Source: Azolla caroliniana
Lineage: Eukaryota > Plantae > Polypodiophyta
Direction: 5' to 3'
Assembly (NCBI GenBank): GCA_043228905.1
Contig: JBHGNT010000006.1
Location: 17,298,001-17,362,000, forward strand
Length of the DNA stretch: 64,000 nucleotides
Within the stretch, counting starts at the first letter, position 1; the number at the start of each line of letters is the position of its first letter. The translations under genes were made by a program, and so were the position numbers. The notes beneath the pieces are model-generated. The model saw only the letters and a program-made list of their open reading frames with translations. It ran no database searches and was not told the origin of the DNA. This document shows, piece by piece, positions 36,657 through 50,752 of the stretch.

Positions 36657-39600
36657 TCTCCTGAATGTAGTCCCGGAGCACCTTGTTCATTGCATTCATA
36701 ATATGTGCAACAAAATTTGTCGCTCCTTGTGGTAGCGTGCACATCTGAACTAATCCAATCGGTGTTCGCATTGTAGTAATGTCCTGGCTATCCATAGCTA
36801 ATTGGAATTGGTCATATCCGGAATATAGGTCTCCGATAGAGTATATCGCACGTCCGGCAAATGCCTCTGCAAATTCATCCACTATCGCTCCGGAATTCCA
36901 GATCATGACCTTGTTCACCGGTTGCAAATCTTGAATGAATCGGAGTGACCCATTCTTCTTAGGAACCGTAAACCATCGATTTGAGTATGGAGCATTTGAT
37001 GGCTCTAGAATCCCCATCGCCATCTTTTCCTTGACCAATTCAATGATTTTCGGAATATGCGCTTGTGGCAACTGAATTGGCTTCACCTTCCATGGCACAT
37101 GATCAATCGTGAAGATCACCATCGGCTTCATTATATTTGGATCAACACACCTATCTCTTTTGGTGTGAATGCGAATGGTTTTCCATGCTGCTCCAAGATC
37201 TCACGAAATCGTTCTTCTTCATTCTTTAAGAGGAACCTGCCTCCACCAATCCGGAGTTTCTTTCGGGTCTCATCAGTAAATGTATGTTCAATATCCATGG
37301 AATTCTGAAGGGTCGGATCTTTCGAGACTTCTTTCATCTTTTGTTCACTATTGGTGGGTAACGGTCCCGTAGATAGTTTCACCTTCTTTTCCACGGTCTT
37401 ATATTTCGTACATTCCATTGCTTCTTCTTTGTGGAGTGCATCCGGCTCCATTTCCGCAATGATCTTCTACATCTCGACCGATTCCACCGGAACTACCCGG
37501 TCTTCATGGTGATTCTCTTCTTCAAACTCTTCAAGCCTTTGCAATGTGCTTCTGTAGAACACTTCTTCAATTACTCCAGTGATTTCTTCATCTTCTTTTA
37601 TGATTGATGTTGACCGTAGCTCATCTTGCATCTTCCGGAATTCTTTTCTCATTACTCCTATCACGGCCATGTACGTAGATGCCCCATCCGGACTAGTTCG
37701 CACTTGTTTCGCTTCGAGAGGTTTCTTCCTGTGTGGGGTATCAGGGCTTCTCGAACTATCACTTCCCCACTCCGCAATAGTCCGCTTTAAAAATCCGGTT
37801 CTGTTTGGGACAAGAGCTCTCTCTTGTTCCTTTCGTGATTCGATGGCACAATGAGGAATTGGACAGTTTTCCCTCCACTTTGGCTCCGAATTCGTGAAAA
37901 AGCTGCTCCACTATCGAGCACCTTCATTTCCATCTGTGATGCCATGATAAAGGGTTGCTCAAGGATCACGGAATGTGAAATCTCATCTTGCACGAAGAAA
38001 TTTTGGTCAATCTCCACATCTTTGATCTTCACTGTCACATCCAGACAAGCCGCAAATAGATCTTTCGTGACTTTTTTGGTTGGCCGGATCTTCCATCCAT
38101 GGCTAGAGTTTATAGGCCACTTCCCCTTCTGGTAGAACTCCTTGGACATCAAAGTGATCTCTGACCCGTGATCAATCAATGCTAGTACGGGATCTTTGAT
38201 GTTTCCGATTCAAATCGGAGTCTCCGTAGTTGCGCGTGCCCAGTTTCGCCTTGTGTAGTGGGAGTTCGGAATTTCATCCTCTACTTCTATGTCGTTCATT
38301 TGAATGGTATTCACATTCACCCTTGGAGCATTTTCCTCCGTAGTTTGTCTCTTTCTTTTTACGAGATCCACAAGAAGGTGATGGAACTCCTTCTTCACTA
38401 TTAAGTAATTCCCGGAGAGAAAATTCCACCCGACTATCAAGGATTCTCTCTTCGAACACCTTCTTTAGGTCCGTCAGTTGTTCGATGTCCGAAGCGAGTT
38501 TGAATGCCAGAATTGGTTTTCCTTTCCCCTTCCCTTAGGAGTTCCAGCTTTCCGGCGTCTTTGATGGCTCGACTGCATCATCCGTGTGCCGTCGCTTCTC
38601 GTCTACATACACTTCATGCAATTGACATAAGGCATACACGCTATTCTTATCTACGGGGCACTCCCATCCCATAGCTTCCCGGATACCTTTCGTAGTACTC
38701 AAGATGTTATCAAAGTCGGCTTTCTCCGAGATTTCTAGCACTTTTGGCCAAAAAGATGTCTTTGCTCTAGATGACTCCCCCACACGTATTCTCGTGGTTG
38801 TCGCATAATTGCTTTTTGCTGCTATCTCCTCCTCTAGGACCTTCTTCATGCCGCCTTTCGGAAGTCCGTCCGGAGTGGGTTCCTAGATTCCATCGAATGA
38901 ATCCGATTTCCCTCGTAATAGATAAGATCCCGTCATAGCACCTCCTTGTGCTCATCGCAATCCTTGCGATCATGTTCAGTGCTATCGCACCATATGCACC
39001 GACGGTCCATATACTTGGAACTTGTGGGACGCTCTTCCGACTTCTTCACCACTACGATTTTCAGATTCTCCATCTCCTTCAGCAACTGCTCCACCGTGGT
39101 TGCGTCGATTCCCTTCTCGGTCTTAGTCTCCCGAGCCCATAGTTGATGGTCTTCCAATCTGGATATTGGTTTTGGAATTGGTTCTAAAATCCTCTTTTCA
39201 TCATTACCAAGCCATTGCCCCCTTTTTATGTATCGCACAATGATGTCCCACACAGTTTCCCATGTATTGGTAAGGCCACTCTCAGTAGATGTGTCTTCTA
39301 GAAGCACTACAAGGTCTTCCCGGTCCCGAACGTCCACGGCTTGTAATAACATGATCACTTTGTCCGGTGCAAGGATAGCTTGATCTCTCGCGGACAACAT
39401 CACGAATCAACTTTTGATGCCGAAAACACATCGAGGACCTTCAGCCCCTTGTCCGGCGTTTCCACCCAATCTTCGAATCCTCTCCACATTGCCTTGGATG
39501 AGTCCTCGATAGCGAACGTAGTCTTCAACACTTCCCATGTTGGATTTTGTTGTCATAACCTGCGGATACTCCCTTGAAGCCCGTCCGTAGCCACCCGATT

Positions 39601-40114
39601 GAAGGATGTCACTTGCAGTCCTTCCGATATTCCGCACCGTAGCATCTCCACCTTGTAGTCCCGTTGTCAGGATCAATACTAAGACAGAGAAGGAATTAGT
39701 TCTAAAAGATGAGGATTAGTACTAAGAGAGGCATAGAACTCTCGAGAGAAGGAGAGAGTGAGCGAGAGCGAGAGAGATAGAGAGAGAGAAAGGATGAGAG
39801 AATGATGATAAAAGATATATATTATGTGAAGAGAGTATACAATACTAGCTAGGAGGCTTAAGATTGGCTTTGAACCGATTTGGTTTGAAATAATGCTTTG
39901 TGCCTCCTTTTATAGTGTTCTTAGGAATACTCCTAAAGTTTCTAGAATGTTCCAGAAAAATTTGGAATATAGATCAATTTTCTATAATAAAACATAAATG
40001 AAAATAATATTTTACATGTTACAATGTATGGTCTAATAGTCAAGAGCTCGGCCCATGTAGCATAAGGTCATGGGTTCGAGTCTTGCCATATCATGACACT
40101 ATCCCCCCTTTAAA

Positions 40115-43100
40115 ACGACGAGTGTCATGAGTTGTTTTGGATGGAGGACCCGGTTTGTCTAGTTATTGACGATGGAAGTCTTCAAGAAGAGCACGAGCAT
40201 TGGTCACATTCTCTATCGGTTCCCAAGTACGTTTGCTGGGACTATATCCTAGCCAATCGATTAGATAGTAGAGCTTGTTGCGAACAATCTTGGAATCAAG
40301 GATGGCGGCAACCTCGTACTCAGGTCCATCTTCAAGCTTGATCGGGGGTGGAGGTTGTGTAATACGTCCTGGGATGGTGTTCTCTTGAGAGGGTTAGAGG
40401 AGAGAACTATGAAACACCGGATGTATCCGAAGTTGCGGAGGTAGATCGAGACGAAAAGCGACATCATTAATCTTTCCTATAATACGGAAATGACCTAATC
40501 GTCGATAATCCAACTTCTCGCATGGGCGAGTAGTCTTGATGTGTAATCGTAGTAGCCATACCCAATCTCCAATGTTAAAATAGGATGGAAGTTGATGACG
40601 ATCCGCATAAACCTTGTGTGTTTGTTGAGGTTGTTGGAGATGAGTAGATAAATCAGCTTGTATCTTGCGTAACCGCTCTAAACGATCCTGTGCGCAAGGA
40701 TTTGTTGACAACTCTGGGGTTTCAAATACACACCACAGGGGGTGAGGACCCGTATAAGCATAAAATGGCATAACCTTAGTCGATGCGTGGATAGAGTTAT
40801 TGTAGGCAAAGTCGGCGAAGTGGAGAATATCTACCCAGTCATCCTGATGATAGCTTAGAAAGCACCAAAGATACTACTCTAGTGTTTGATTTTGTTCGTT
40901 TTGCTTGGCCATCTGTTTGTGGGTGGTAGTTGGAGGAGAGGTTACAAGTGACCTTGAGCATTTTAAAAAGGTGCTTCCAGAATTTCGATACGAACTGGGG
41001 TCCACGATCGCTGATGATACTATCGGGAAGGCCATGATGCCGACATACTTCACGCATGACAATTTCAACGGTTTCTTCATTGGATATTTCCTTAGTACAT
41101 GGCAAGAAATGAGCCATCTTTGTATATCGATCTACAACTATTAGAATCGCATTGAACCCCTTAGAGACTGGAAGATCTGTGATGAAGTCTAGAGCAATGG
41201 ATTGCCATGACTTGCTTGGAATTGGTAATGGTTCTAATAAACCATATGGATGATGCCTTGGCATTTTTGCTCTACAGCATGTATCACAAGTCTGAACAAA
41301 ATCTTCGACAAATTGTCGCATACGGGGCCACCAAAATGATCGTTGTACTAAATCTAATGTTTTAGTGCTACCAAAATGCCCAACTGTATATGTGTCATGA
41401 TAGTTTTGGACTACTTGAAGGTGGCAAGAACGATTAGGAACATACAAGAGCTCATTAAAGAATAGTAACCCATCATGGTATTTGAATTGCCGATAGTCCG
41501 TACTTGGTGGTTGCGACTATGAACAAGATGGTCGAGAGGGATCAATTTGTGGTAGAATGGCTTGGGCGAAAGCATCGGTCTTCAAGTCCTCACGTATAGT
41601 ATCAATAACGTGGGAATCCATGGGCATGCCAAAGACTTGTGTGGCTTGCAGTCGTGTCGGTCCCAAGATTACTTGCTTTTGGTTATCAAAAGCTGGCTTG
41701 TTGGGCGCGATGCTAGGTACAAACGCTGTGATAAGGCATCTGCCTTCCCTTGGTGCTTCCCCAGACGATATGTAATTTTGAAGTCGAAACGTGTGAGGAA
41801 GTGGACCCACCGAGCTTGACGTCGATTTAACATAGGAGCGTCCTGAAAGTAGGCAAGGTTTTTGTGGTCACTAAATACGGTGACTTCATGAGAGGATCCC
41901 TCTAGAAAATGCCTCCATTGCGTAAAAGAGTCCAGTATTGCCAATAGCTCCTTATCATGAATTTCATAGTTGATTTCGGTGGCGTCAAACTTGCGTGAGT
42001 GAAAAGCCACATGATATAGCTTCTCATCATTACCCCGTTGTGACAGAATGCTCTCCAATGCGAAATCCGATGCGTCTACTTCAATAATGAATGGTTTTTC
42101 CGGATCGACATGAGCTAGAATTGGAGCCGATGTAAATGCCTTTTTAAGACTCTCGAAAGCCATGTCCACTTCTTTAGACCAAACAAACGATTGTCCCTTC
42201 CTGGTAAGCTGTGTGAGAGGCAGAATGAGCTTTGAGTAATCTTGTATGAACTTCCGGTAAAAATTGGCAAAGCCTAAAATGCATTGCACATCTCGCACCG
42301 AACGCGGAGTCTGCCACTCTACCATAGTTTTGACCTTAGCTGGGTCCATGGAGATGCCTTCTGAGGAAATGACATAGCCCAGAAATTCCACCTGGTTGCA
42401 CCCAAAACTACAATTTTCCAGCTTTGCATAAAGAGCATGTTATCGAAGTTGTTTTAGTGCTAATAGTACATGAGAATCATGCTCTTCTTGGGTCTTCGAA
42501 TAAACCAGTAGATCATCCAAATAGATGATCAAACAAACGTCCAAGAGATCTCGGAATATATCATTTGGCATGTGTTGGAAGACTGTTGGCGCATCAGTGA
42601 GGCCAAACGACATAACCGTATACTCGAAGTGCCCATATCTAGTGCGAAAAGTGGTCTTCCATTCATCTCCTGGTCGGATTTGTACGAGGTTATAGGCTCC
42701 CCGTAAGTCGATTGTCGTGAAGAACCTGGCACCGTTGATCCGTTCTAAAAGACTTGAGATAAGGGGAAGTGCATACCTATTTCTGATTGTCACCTTATTC
42801 AAGCCACGGTAATCTACAACGAGACAAAGTGATCCATCCTTTTTCTTGACGAAGAAAATGGGTGCACCGGCTGGAGATTTTGAATGCCAAATGAAACCAT
42901 TTTCTGAATTCTCCTCTATATAGGATCGCAGAACTTGTAGCTCGGTTGGTGACAAATTGTAGATTGGTCCCCATGGTGGCTCTTTCCCCGGTTGTAAATC
43001 GATGGGGCAATCATACGGTCGATGGTGAGGAAGCGTATTGGCTTGTACTTTATCAAACACATCAGCATAATGATGATACTTCTTTGGAAGTTGATCGGTG

Positions 43101-44480
43101 GACTCCTCTTTAATGGTGTCTGAGGGCTTTATTGCTATTGCGAAGAGAAACATTTCTTCCTTGCGTCCTTCTTCCCGCAACTAATGTAGCGATATGGTTG
43201 CAATCTCATGAGTAGACCTTCGGGCTTTTCGATACTGGATTTCTCTTGTTCTCCAATCTATGTCTGGGTTATGTAATTTGAACCATGGTAATCCTAAAAC
43301 AATGGGGTGTTCTAGGATGCTAATTATATTAAATGATACTACACATGCTAGATTATCTAGGACAATATTAATGGGCTTTGACTCTTCTATGATATTTCCA
43401 GAAACAATGGGACGACCATCAATGACTACTACAGAGGCTGGACTCGGGAGTTTTCTGAGTGATATCTGATGAGCTTGGGCAAAGCTCCTATCCATGAAGC
43501 AAGAATTAGCTCCGGAATCTAGAAGTGCTAAGACATGTATTGGAGGGGTACTTTTAGTACTAGCTGTTACTTGGGCTACGAACACATTGCTAACTTGCTT
43601 AGAGGGAATGGAACCACTAATGGGCTGCATAGATCTAGGGCGCATTATATGACTCCCTCGGAAAAGGTTTCGCTACCACTAAGGCGTAGGTAGGCTCAGA
43701 TCTTGTCCTTGGCATCTGGATGACGTTCGTAACGCCGTTCGAAGAGGCGATTGTCACATTTCATTGCGCGACTGATTGCTTCTATTAATGACTTTGGTTC
43801 TTCGGGAAAGGTCAAGAGTAAATCTTTGACATCGTTACGTAGACCATAATGAAATTGCTCCATTAACGCTTGATCATCCCAGGGGATATCGGAGGCGAGT
43901 AGGTGAAAATCTGCAGCGTATGCGGAGGCTGGATGATCGCCTTGACATAGTTGTTGGATTTTGTTGATTGCTATCCTTATGCTGTCCTTATGTTGTCAGT
44001 ATCTCCAAAATAGGCTTTAAACTCACTTATAAATTCCTCAAAATTGTTTAGTAATGGAGATTCTCTTTCTAACAGCGGAGCGAACCATGCCAACGCTGAG
44101 CCACTTAACAATGTGCCTACTAAACCCACTCGTGATGCATCGGTGGGATATCGGGATGGATGCATTTCAATAACTAGTTGTACCTGATTAAGGAACCCTC
44201 TAAATTGCGATCGCGTTCCATCGAATTTCATGGGAAGGCCAATCTTGGGTTCTTTAGGAATCCCTTGTGTTGCGGGTCCTTGTTGTTGCATCACTATGAT
44301 GGTAGCTTCGAGTTGTTGCACACGTAACGTTATCTCCCCGTGTTGTTGTTTTTCCAGTGCTATTTGTTGAAGATCCCCCAACAAACGGTGATTTTCTTGT
44401 TCTAGTGCTACAAATTTCTCCTTTAAGCACTAGAGCTTCGAGAAAAAAGATCGGTATTCCTGAGCGCTAACAATTTCCAT
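40115..44480 (-). pseudogene. M gag-pol (gag/pol junction deleted near 43640)
   Basis: ALLDSGANS, IYLDDLLVYS, EVDASDFAL, WQSIALDFITDLP, HPQTDGQ and a chromodomain, with multiple stops. Confidence 0.9.
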
Positions 44481-44489
44481 TTTACTAGG

Positions 44490-44979
44490 TGTTGTCCATA
44501 GGCCATAAAAATAAATTAGTTAAATGTAATACGCCGGTAGGTAAGGCTAGTAGGTGAGGAAGGTAGAGTTTAGGAAAACGCTGAGCTTCGAGCCTCACAG
44601 TCAGCCGACGGCTCGGCTGTGTATGAAGATAAATTATATAAACCGAGGTCTACGTACCTCGGCAGGAGAAGATATCTATAGGATAGGCGAGGTCGTTTTC
44701 ATAGTTATAAGAGCTCTGTAAGGTCATCGACTGTGAGCCGTGTTTTGTAATCATCGATAATTGTTTGTAGTAATACATATCTATTAGCTCTTATTGTTTT
44801 CATCTGTGTTCCGTCGTTCCTACGATCTCAACTATGTTTATGCCCCGGGTTATATTCCGGGTATGCTCTCTGTTCTCTTCCCCTAATGATGCCTCTGTGC
44901 ACAAGTCTTCACGTTACACTTCCCTTGATACCGATAGCCTGTAGGCATATCGAAGGTGTTTCCAACGGAACGAATAACA
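44490..44979. mobile_element. Solo LTR N (unrelated family) inserted just upstream of the M gag ATG
   Basis: TGTTGTCC...CGAATAACA termini, TSD CTAGG at 44485-44489 and 44980-44984, absent from the homologous site in B. Confidence 0.9.
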
Positions 44980-45732
44980 CTAGGGAGGATAAGAGGACTA
45001 GTATGAAAGGAAGAAAGCGGTAAGAAGATGAGGGAAACCGAAAAGAAGACCGGAAAAAGGGGATATGTAAGAAGATAAAAGGAAGAGGAGGAAAAGAGGA
45101 GACGGAAGGAGGACAGAAAATTGGTTCAAACTGTCAGGATCAGTACTAAGACAGAGAAGGAATTAGTACTAAAAGATGAGGATTAGTACTAAGAGGTGTA
45201 GAACTCTCGAGAAAAGGAGAGAGTGAGCGAGAGAGAGAGATAGAGAGAGAGAAAGGGTGAGAGAATGATGATAAAAGTTATATATTATGTGAAGAGAGTA
45301 TACAATAATAGCTAGGAGGCTTAAGACTGGCGTTGAACTGATTTGGTTCGAAATAATGCCTTGTGCCTCCTTTTATAGTGTTCTCAGGAATACTCCTGAA
45401 GTTTCTAGAATGTTCCAGAGAAATTTGGAATATACATCAATTTTCTATAATAAAACATAAATGAAAATATTATCCTACGTATTACAATGTATGGTCTAAT
45501 GGTCAAGAGCTTGACCCATGTAGCATAAGATCATGGGTTCGAGTCTTGTCATATCATGACACCCGTAAATAACGTGACACATCTTTCTCGTTGAATTGCT
45601 CGTTCCGTTGCACAAGCCGCTCTACTGCCGCCGCAATCTCAGACATCGCGCGTGGTTCTTGTAGCATCCGCTTGAACATTGTCATCATATTGTTAGTTTC
45701 TTGTTGATTTTCCATCTCCTTGCCACCCAGTT

Positions 45733-45748
45733 TCACGTTGGGTTCACC
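45733..45748 (-). promoter_or_regulatory. PBS of I2 (tRNA-Trp type)
   Basis: Minus strand TGGTGAACCCAACGTGA next to the LTR, complementary to the plant tRNA-Trp 3' end (CACGUCGGGUUCACCA, recalled from memory) with one mismatch. Confidence 0.75.
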
Positions 45749-46212
45749 AAATGTGTCGTGCCTTTCGGCGCCGGATCGTTTGCGTGAGTCGGGTGGGAAC
45801 CGTTGGGGTTTTGAACTAGGAGAGGAAGAATACGAGATATGTGTAGTTATGAATAGGTTGTAAGAAAGGAAGATATGAAATTCATGAATACCACGAGTAT
45901 AGCATATTAATTAATGTTTTAGGAAAGAATATGAATTTAGATTGCAAGAGAGAAATAGACGGAAAAACGTGAAATCCCCACGAATATAATATATTAATCA
46001 AACCTTCAAACAAAGTCCACAAATCCCTATATACATCTTTCTCTCTTTCGTATATAGTGATGTGAGAGTCTTTACAATCCATGCTTTTCGATAGACTATA
46101 TGCTTTCTCTAACATGCTTTTTTTTATCTAACTATAGCTTTTTTTATTTAGAAAATATACATGAAATAAGCTTTCTATGTGGGATATCTATTTAATAATA
46201 GTTATGATATGT

Positions 46213-46276
46213 TAGTGTAATGGTAAGGCTTTACATTATAAACATGGATGTACAAGGTTCAAATCTTGCCTTATCA
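46213..46276 (+). promoter_or_regulatory. tRNA-like Pol III A/B-box module in I2 LTR (antisense to the element)
   Basis: TAGTGTAATGGTAAGGC at 46213 and GGTTCAAATC at 46256. Confidence 0.6.
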
Positions 46277-46378
46277 ATGTGATATATATATTTATATTTT
46301 CTTCTATTTCTTCATATTTATGGAATCTAACACTATACACGTTTTTCGTGTAGTGTACGAAGTACACTACGACAACGT

Positions 46379-46410
<32 letters not shown>

Positions 46411-46695
46411 CTCAAAGCTTGTTTCCGTTGCATAGCATTGCCTAAGTCTCTCACTTTTTACAAGGCAGTTATATTTTTAGGAGTTAGTGTCAGTAGCTCA
46501 GTTATGAGCACTGAAGTACTTGTCTATACTTCTGTTAGTCCTTTTAAGAACTTGTATAAAAGTGCTCTCAGAGCACATTCGTATGTATAGAGCATTATTA
46601 TATTTTAATTGAGTTTTCAGTCTTTTGCTCTCTCTCTCTCTCTCTCTGTCCCGCGTACTATTCTTATCTTCATTCTCTCTCTCTCTCTCTCTCTG
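46379..46695 (+). repeat. Two Copia LTR remnants with (CA)n and (CT)n microsatellites
   Basis: 46379-46461 ends TTCCGTTGC...TTTTACA like the A LTR. 46470-46695 has CTTGTATAAAAGTGCTC..GAGCAC like the C and E LTRs. Confidence 0.7.
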
Positions 46696-49600
46696 TAAGT
46701 TCACTCCGACCATCGTTTTCTACGTTCTATAGCTTTGTTGGAAAGCTCTTTCAGAGAGCTTCCTAAGGAATGTTCATTTACTTAATTCCATTATCGTGGC
46801 GAGAAGTTATGAGCATTTTCATATGCAGCCATCTTTGCCCCACGGTTCCTCAAACGCAAGGTAGATTTTGAAGCCCTAATTCGAGTGAAAGGTACATTCT
46901 CTCTCCTTCCCTCTTTGTCTCTCTCTTCCCGTAGGGTTTGTCCCTACAATGGCAAATACTCGTAAAGCCGCCACAAAGTTCGGGGGTATGATTGATAATG
47001 AGCTGAGATCACCAACAAATCTCGATTCCAATGCAGTAAACACAATTGACAAAATGCTTATGAGGTACTTGACTTCTCTTCAAGAAACCATAAACAAGCA
47101 AGGTGAAGAGATTAGGACATTAATGATAGAGAATGCTAAGCTCCAAAGTGTTGTCATTGAGAATGAAAGTCTTAAACAAGTGGTTGCAAAACTTCAAGAA
47201 TAGATTCAAGAATGTAAAAGAGCTTCTTTCGAAACAAATGAACGCCTTAACAAGTTTGAGTTAAACGAAGCATTAAAAGAAGAAAAATTGGACACGATGA
47301 GGCGGGGGATGTAAGTGAGATGAAAAATGTATGTACAACGAAGTCATGGGCCGATGTATGCGGTGGGGATGTGCTATCAAACTCATCTAATATGCATGTG
47401 ATGTATCAAGAGAAGAATATAGAAAGCATAGATGTCTGAGAATTGAAAGAACGTGAATGACAATCAAAGAACATTGTCGTCTGTGGGATTAAAGAAGAGA
47501 GTATGGAAACACCCGCATCCCTTGGAAAGGCCATTGGTGAATTTTGTAGCATGCATTATGGGAAGTCAGATGTGAATGTATATGGGGCACACCGAGTTGG
47601 GAAACATGGTGTTACTCGCTCCAGAGAAAGGCCTATTGTATGCACAATTACAGATGATACAAAGCGGCGGATCATACTCGAAAATAGTTGGGTATACCTC
47701 AAAGGTACACAATGCTTTGTGAGTGAAGATCGTACTATCTCACAACAAAATGCTCGCCGTAAAGCATATGAAGAAAGATTGAAAAATAAGGTTAAGGATG
47801 TGCCTAAAGATGGAAATTTAGGCAAATAGGGACACGTAATCTATGAGACTAACCCACGCCTTTTACGACTATGCTTTTGGAATTGCTATGGATACCCATG
47901 GAATGTGGGATTTGGCATAGAGGAATTCACCGATGACTCGTATATCACACTTCTTGTTGAAACATGGGAGCATCATACTCAAAGGATTCAAGGTTTAGGA
48001 AACTATAATGTACACTCTTTGATATGGAAAAAAAATCCAAGACAAAGAAGACGACAACGAGGGTTGGCATGTTTGATTAAGAATGAAATAGAGAAATATG
48101 TGTCAATCATAAAAAGTGATGAACATAAATGCTACATATGGCTCAAAATAGAAACACCTAATGATTTGCCGACTTTTGTCGTTGGATGTTACATTCCTCG
48201 TCAAGATTCTAACTTTTATGCTTGTTTGGATAAAGATAAACCTTTTGTCAATCTAGAAGATGATATTGCTTATTTCAAATCCAAAGGGGAAGTTATTGTC
48301 TTTGGTGACATGAATGCTCGTACAAGAAGTTTCTAACTTGATTCACAAGAATCTTTCATGCCACATATCTTAAGGATGAAAGAGGATATGAAAATGTGTA
48401 GCCGCTCTTCTAGCGATGAAAAATATCCGGACCAATTTGGGAAGTTACTCCTACAAATGTGCAATAGTAGCGGATTGCTTATTGCAAATGGTATTTCCTT
48501 ATGGCCCAACACTAATGGTTTTACATGTGGAAAACCCAACGGAAATAGTGTGATTGACTATGTGTTACTTTCCGAAGGTATTTTGGATCGTATACATAAA
48601 TTCTCACTTGCTGAATGGACACCAGAATCTGATCATGGCCCTTTATGTCTTGATCTCAAATGTATGAATAGGTTTGATTGTGAGAAGGCTATTGAAGATA
48701 ATAAACAACCGCACTTGAGCATAAACCTTCAGCGAGCACCCATGTATTCCAAGATGGTTGAGGATATGTTACAAATGGCAAAGATACAACATGGTGCCAG
48801 ACTAGAATGCAAATGGGAAGCTTTCAAGAAAATCATTCTCTCCTATACAAACAAATGTTTTTTGACCAACCGCACATCTTGGAAATGCAGCCAGAAACTT
48901 AGGAAAAAATGGTTTGATAAAGAATGTCATGAAGCTTGAAAGTGCCTTATGGCTTTGAATGTAGTTAAGGATAAAGAGAATTACCAAAAGCATTTGCATG
49001 AGTATAAAAGGCTTATTCAAAGAAAGAGAAGAATATGGGAAGTTACTCAACAATTTATCCAAACGCAATAGAAAACACATGCATGTGCTAAATTTTGGGG
49101 AAATCTGATTGGGAAACGTGTTGAGAGTTATGTTGACTTAACTCTTCACGACTTGTCTATGCATTGTAAGAATTTATATGAGTTATCTTTTACCGAAAAG
49201 ATGATGTGTTATGGTTCCCTTTTACATATGCCTCCCTTCTTTAGAATGGAAGATATATGCATAGGACTTAAGAAATTGGCCTCTCGAAAGGCAAGTGATC
49301 TTCAATGTATAATGACTGAAATGCTCAAATGGACGGGAAAGGAAGCACATATATGGATAAGAGATATGTTTAATGATGCATTGTAACATGGTATGCCATA
49401 TGATTGGACTACAAATTGGATCAAACCTTTACATAAAGGAGGAGATGTAAATAATGTAAACAACTATCGAACCATCATGGTTGTCTCATTAATAGCAAAA
49501 CTATTTGGATGTATAATGGAATCAAAGATAAGTGTATGGGCTTCAAGAAAGGTTTATATTGTTGCTTTGTAGACTTCAAGAAAGCTTTTGATATGGTATT

Positions 49601-50752
49601 TCGTGACCATCTTTGGAGGCGAATGGAAGAACTTGAGGTGCCAAGTAAAAATATGCTTGCAATTTCCCGAATTTATGAGAAGGTTATATGTTGTGTGCGC
49701 ATGAGAGATAAACTTTCAGATTTTTTCAAAAGCACTATTGGTGTTAAGCAAGGATGCCCACTCTCACCAACACTATTTGGTCTATGCATTCATGAATTGG
49801 AAGAAATGGTTACCAAGTTTGCAAAGGAAGAATGTGTTGAAGAAGTTGCCATTGGGAATGTTGTGATTATGCTTTTGCTATATGCAGATGACGTAGTGCT
49901 TTTTGCAAAAGCACAAAAGCTTATGAAGGCATTGGAAAGATTTTGCATGCATACTAAATTAAGTGTCAATAGCTCTAAAACAAAGATTATGCTTGTGAAG
50001 AGCCAAAAAAGAGATAAACCATGCATTATGTACAACAATGAGGCACTTGAATGTGTGGAAAGGTTCAAATATCTTGGCCTTGAATTTCCTTGAAATCATA
50101 GATGGAATGAATGTGCTACACGCCGCTTAGAGGCGGGTAAGCGAGCATACTATGCATTTGAGAACACATGCAATCATGGAGATATTAAGTGTTGGGTCCT
50201 CAAGAAATATCTTTTCGACACTTTGGTGACACCGGTTCTTCTCTATGGGGTGGAAGTATGGGGCGGTACCATCCGTAAATCTATGTGGAAAGAGTTTGAA
50301 AATGTCCAAAACCATTTTCTGACAAAGTTTCTACAAGTTAAGAAACAAACGCCCTACACCCTCCTCCTTGAGATGGGATCGCTTCCCATTAAGATCATGG
50401 CCATGGGGTTGTTAAATATATGCTTAAGGTTCAAAAAAGTCCCTCACATCAACTTCCTAGAATTGTGTGGGAAGCAAGCAAAAATATCCAAAAGACACAT
50501 AGAAGCAAAATTTTGTATTTTGGTTGGATGCAAGATATAGAAAAATGGTTTGGTAGATGGGATGTGAGACACTTGCTTCATGATGTATCATTAGATTCCT
50601 CTGTAAATGAGGCCTTTTTGCAACGCCAATGTATCATGACATGGGACAAATGTGGAGGCTCACGCTTCACACATTTTACTACACATGTTGCATCTAACAA
50701 CAAAACTATATTCTTTGCGGAACGGGGAAATCGTACACATCGATACATGTTG
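46696..50752 (+). mobile_element. Non-LTR retrotransposon O (ORF1 plus APE-RT ORF2, RTEX-like), 3'-truncated
   Basis: ORF1 46949-47829 has a coiled coil, NIVVCGIKEE, AHRVGK, RPIV, LKGT..FVSED. ORF2 ~47860-50750 has FWNCYG, LVETW, GDMNART, SVIDY, SDH, FVDFKKAFD, GVKQGCPLSPTLF, LYADD. Confidence 0.88.

Larger units (their letters stand above)
39665..45561 (-). mobile_element. Chromovirus M (same family as B) inserted in I2 gag
   Basis: LTRs 39665-40098 and 45132-45561, perfect TSD CCCGT at 39660-39664 and 45562-45566, PPT complement at 40099-40112. Confidence 0.95.
36266..46374 (-). mobile_element. 5' part of non-chromovirus Gypsy I2 (Phygy/Selgy-like, inferred), interrupted by M
   Basis: 5' LTR 45754-46374, gag with CIWCDSTEHDRKDC, protease IDHGSE, RT DLYSGYDQF, TLPQGATN and FLDDI. 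Confidence 0.88.

Noticed and set aside
31376-46378. One large element bounded by an ACGT TSD (I1 plus I2, or I1 plus P)
   Set aside because: The LTRs at 31380, 45754 and 62201 are not the same sequence, and the outer flanks belong to different hosts.
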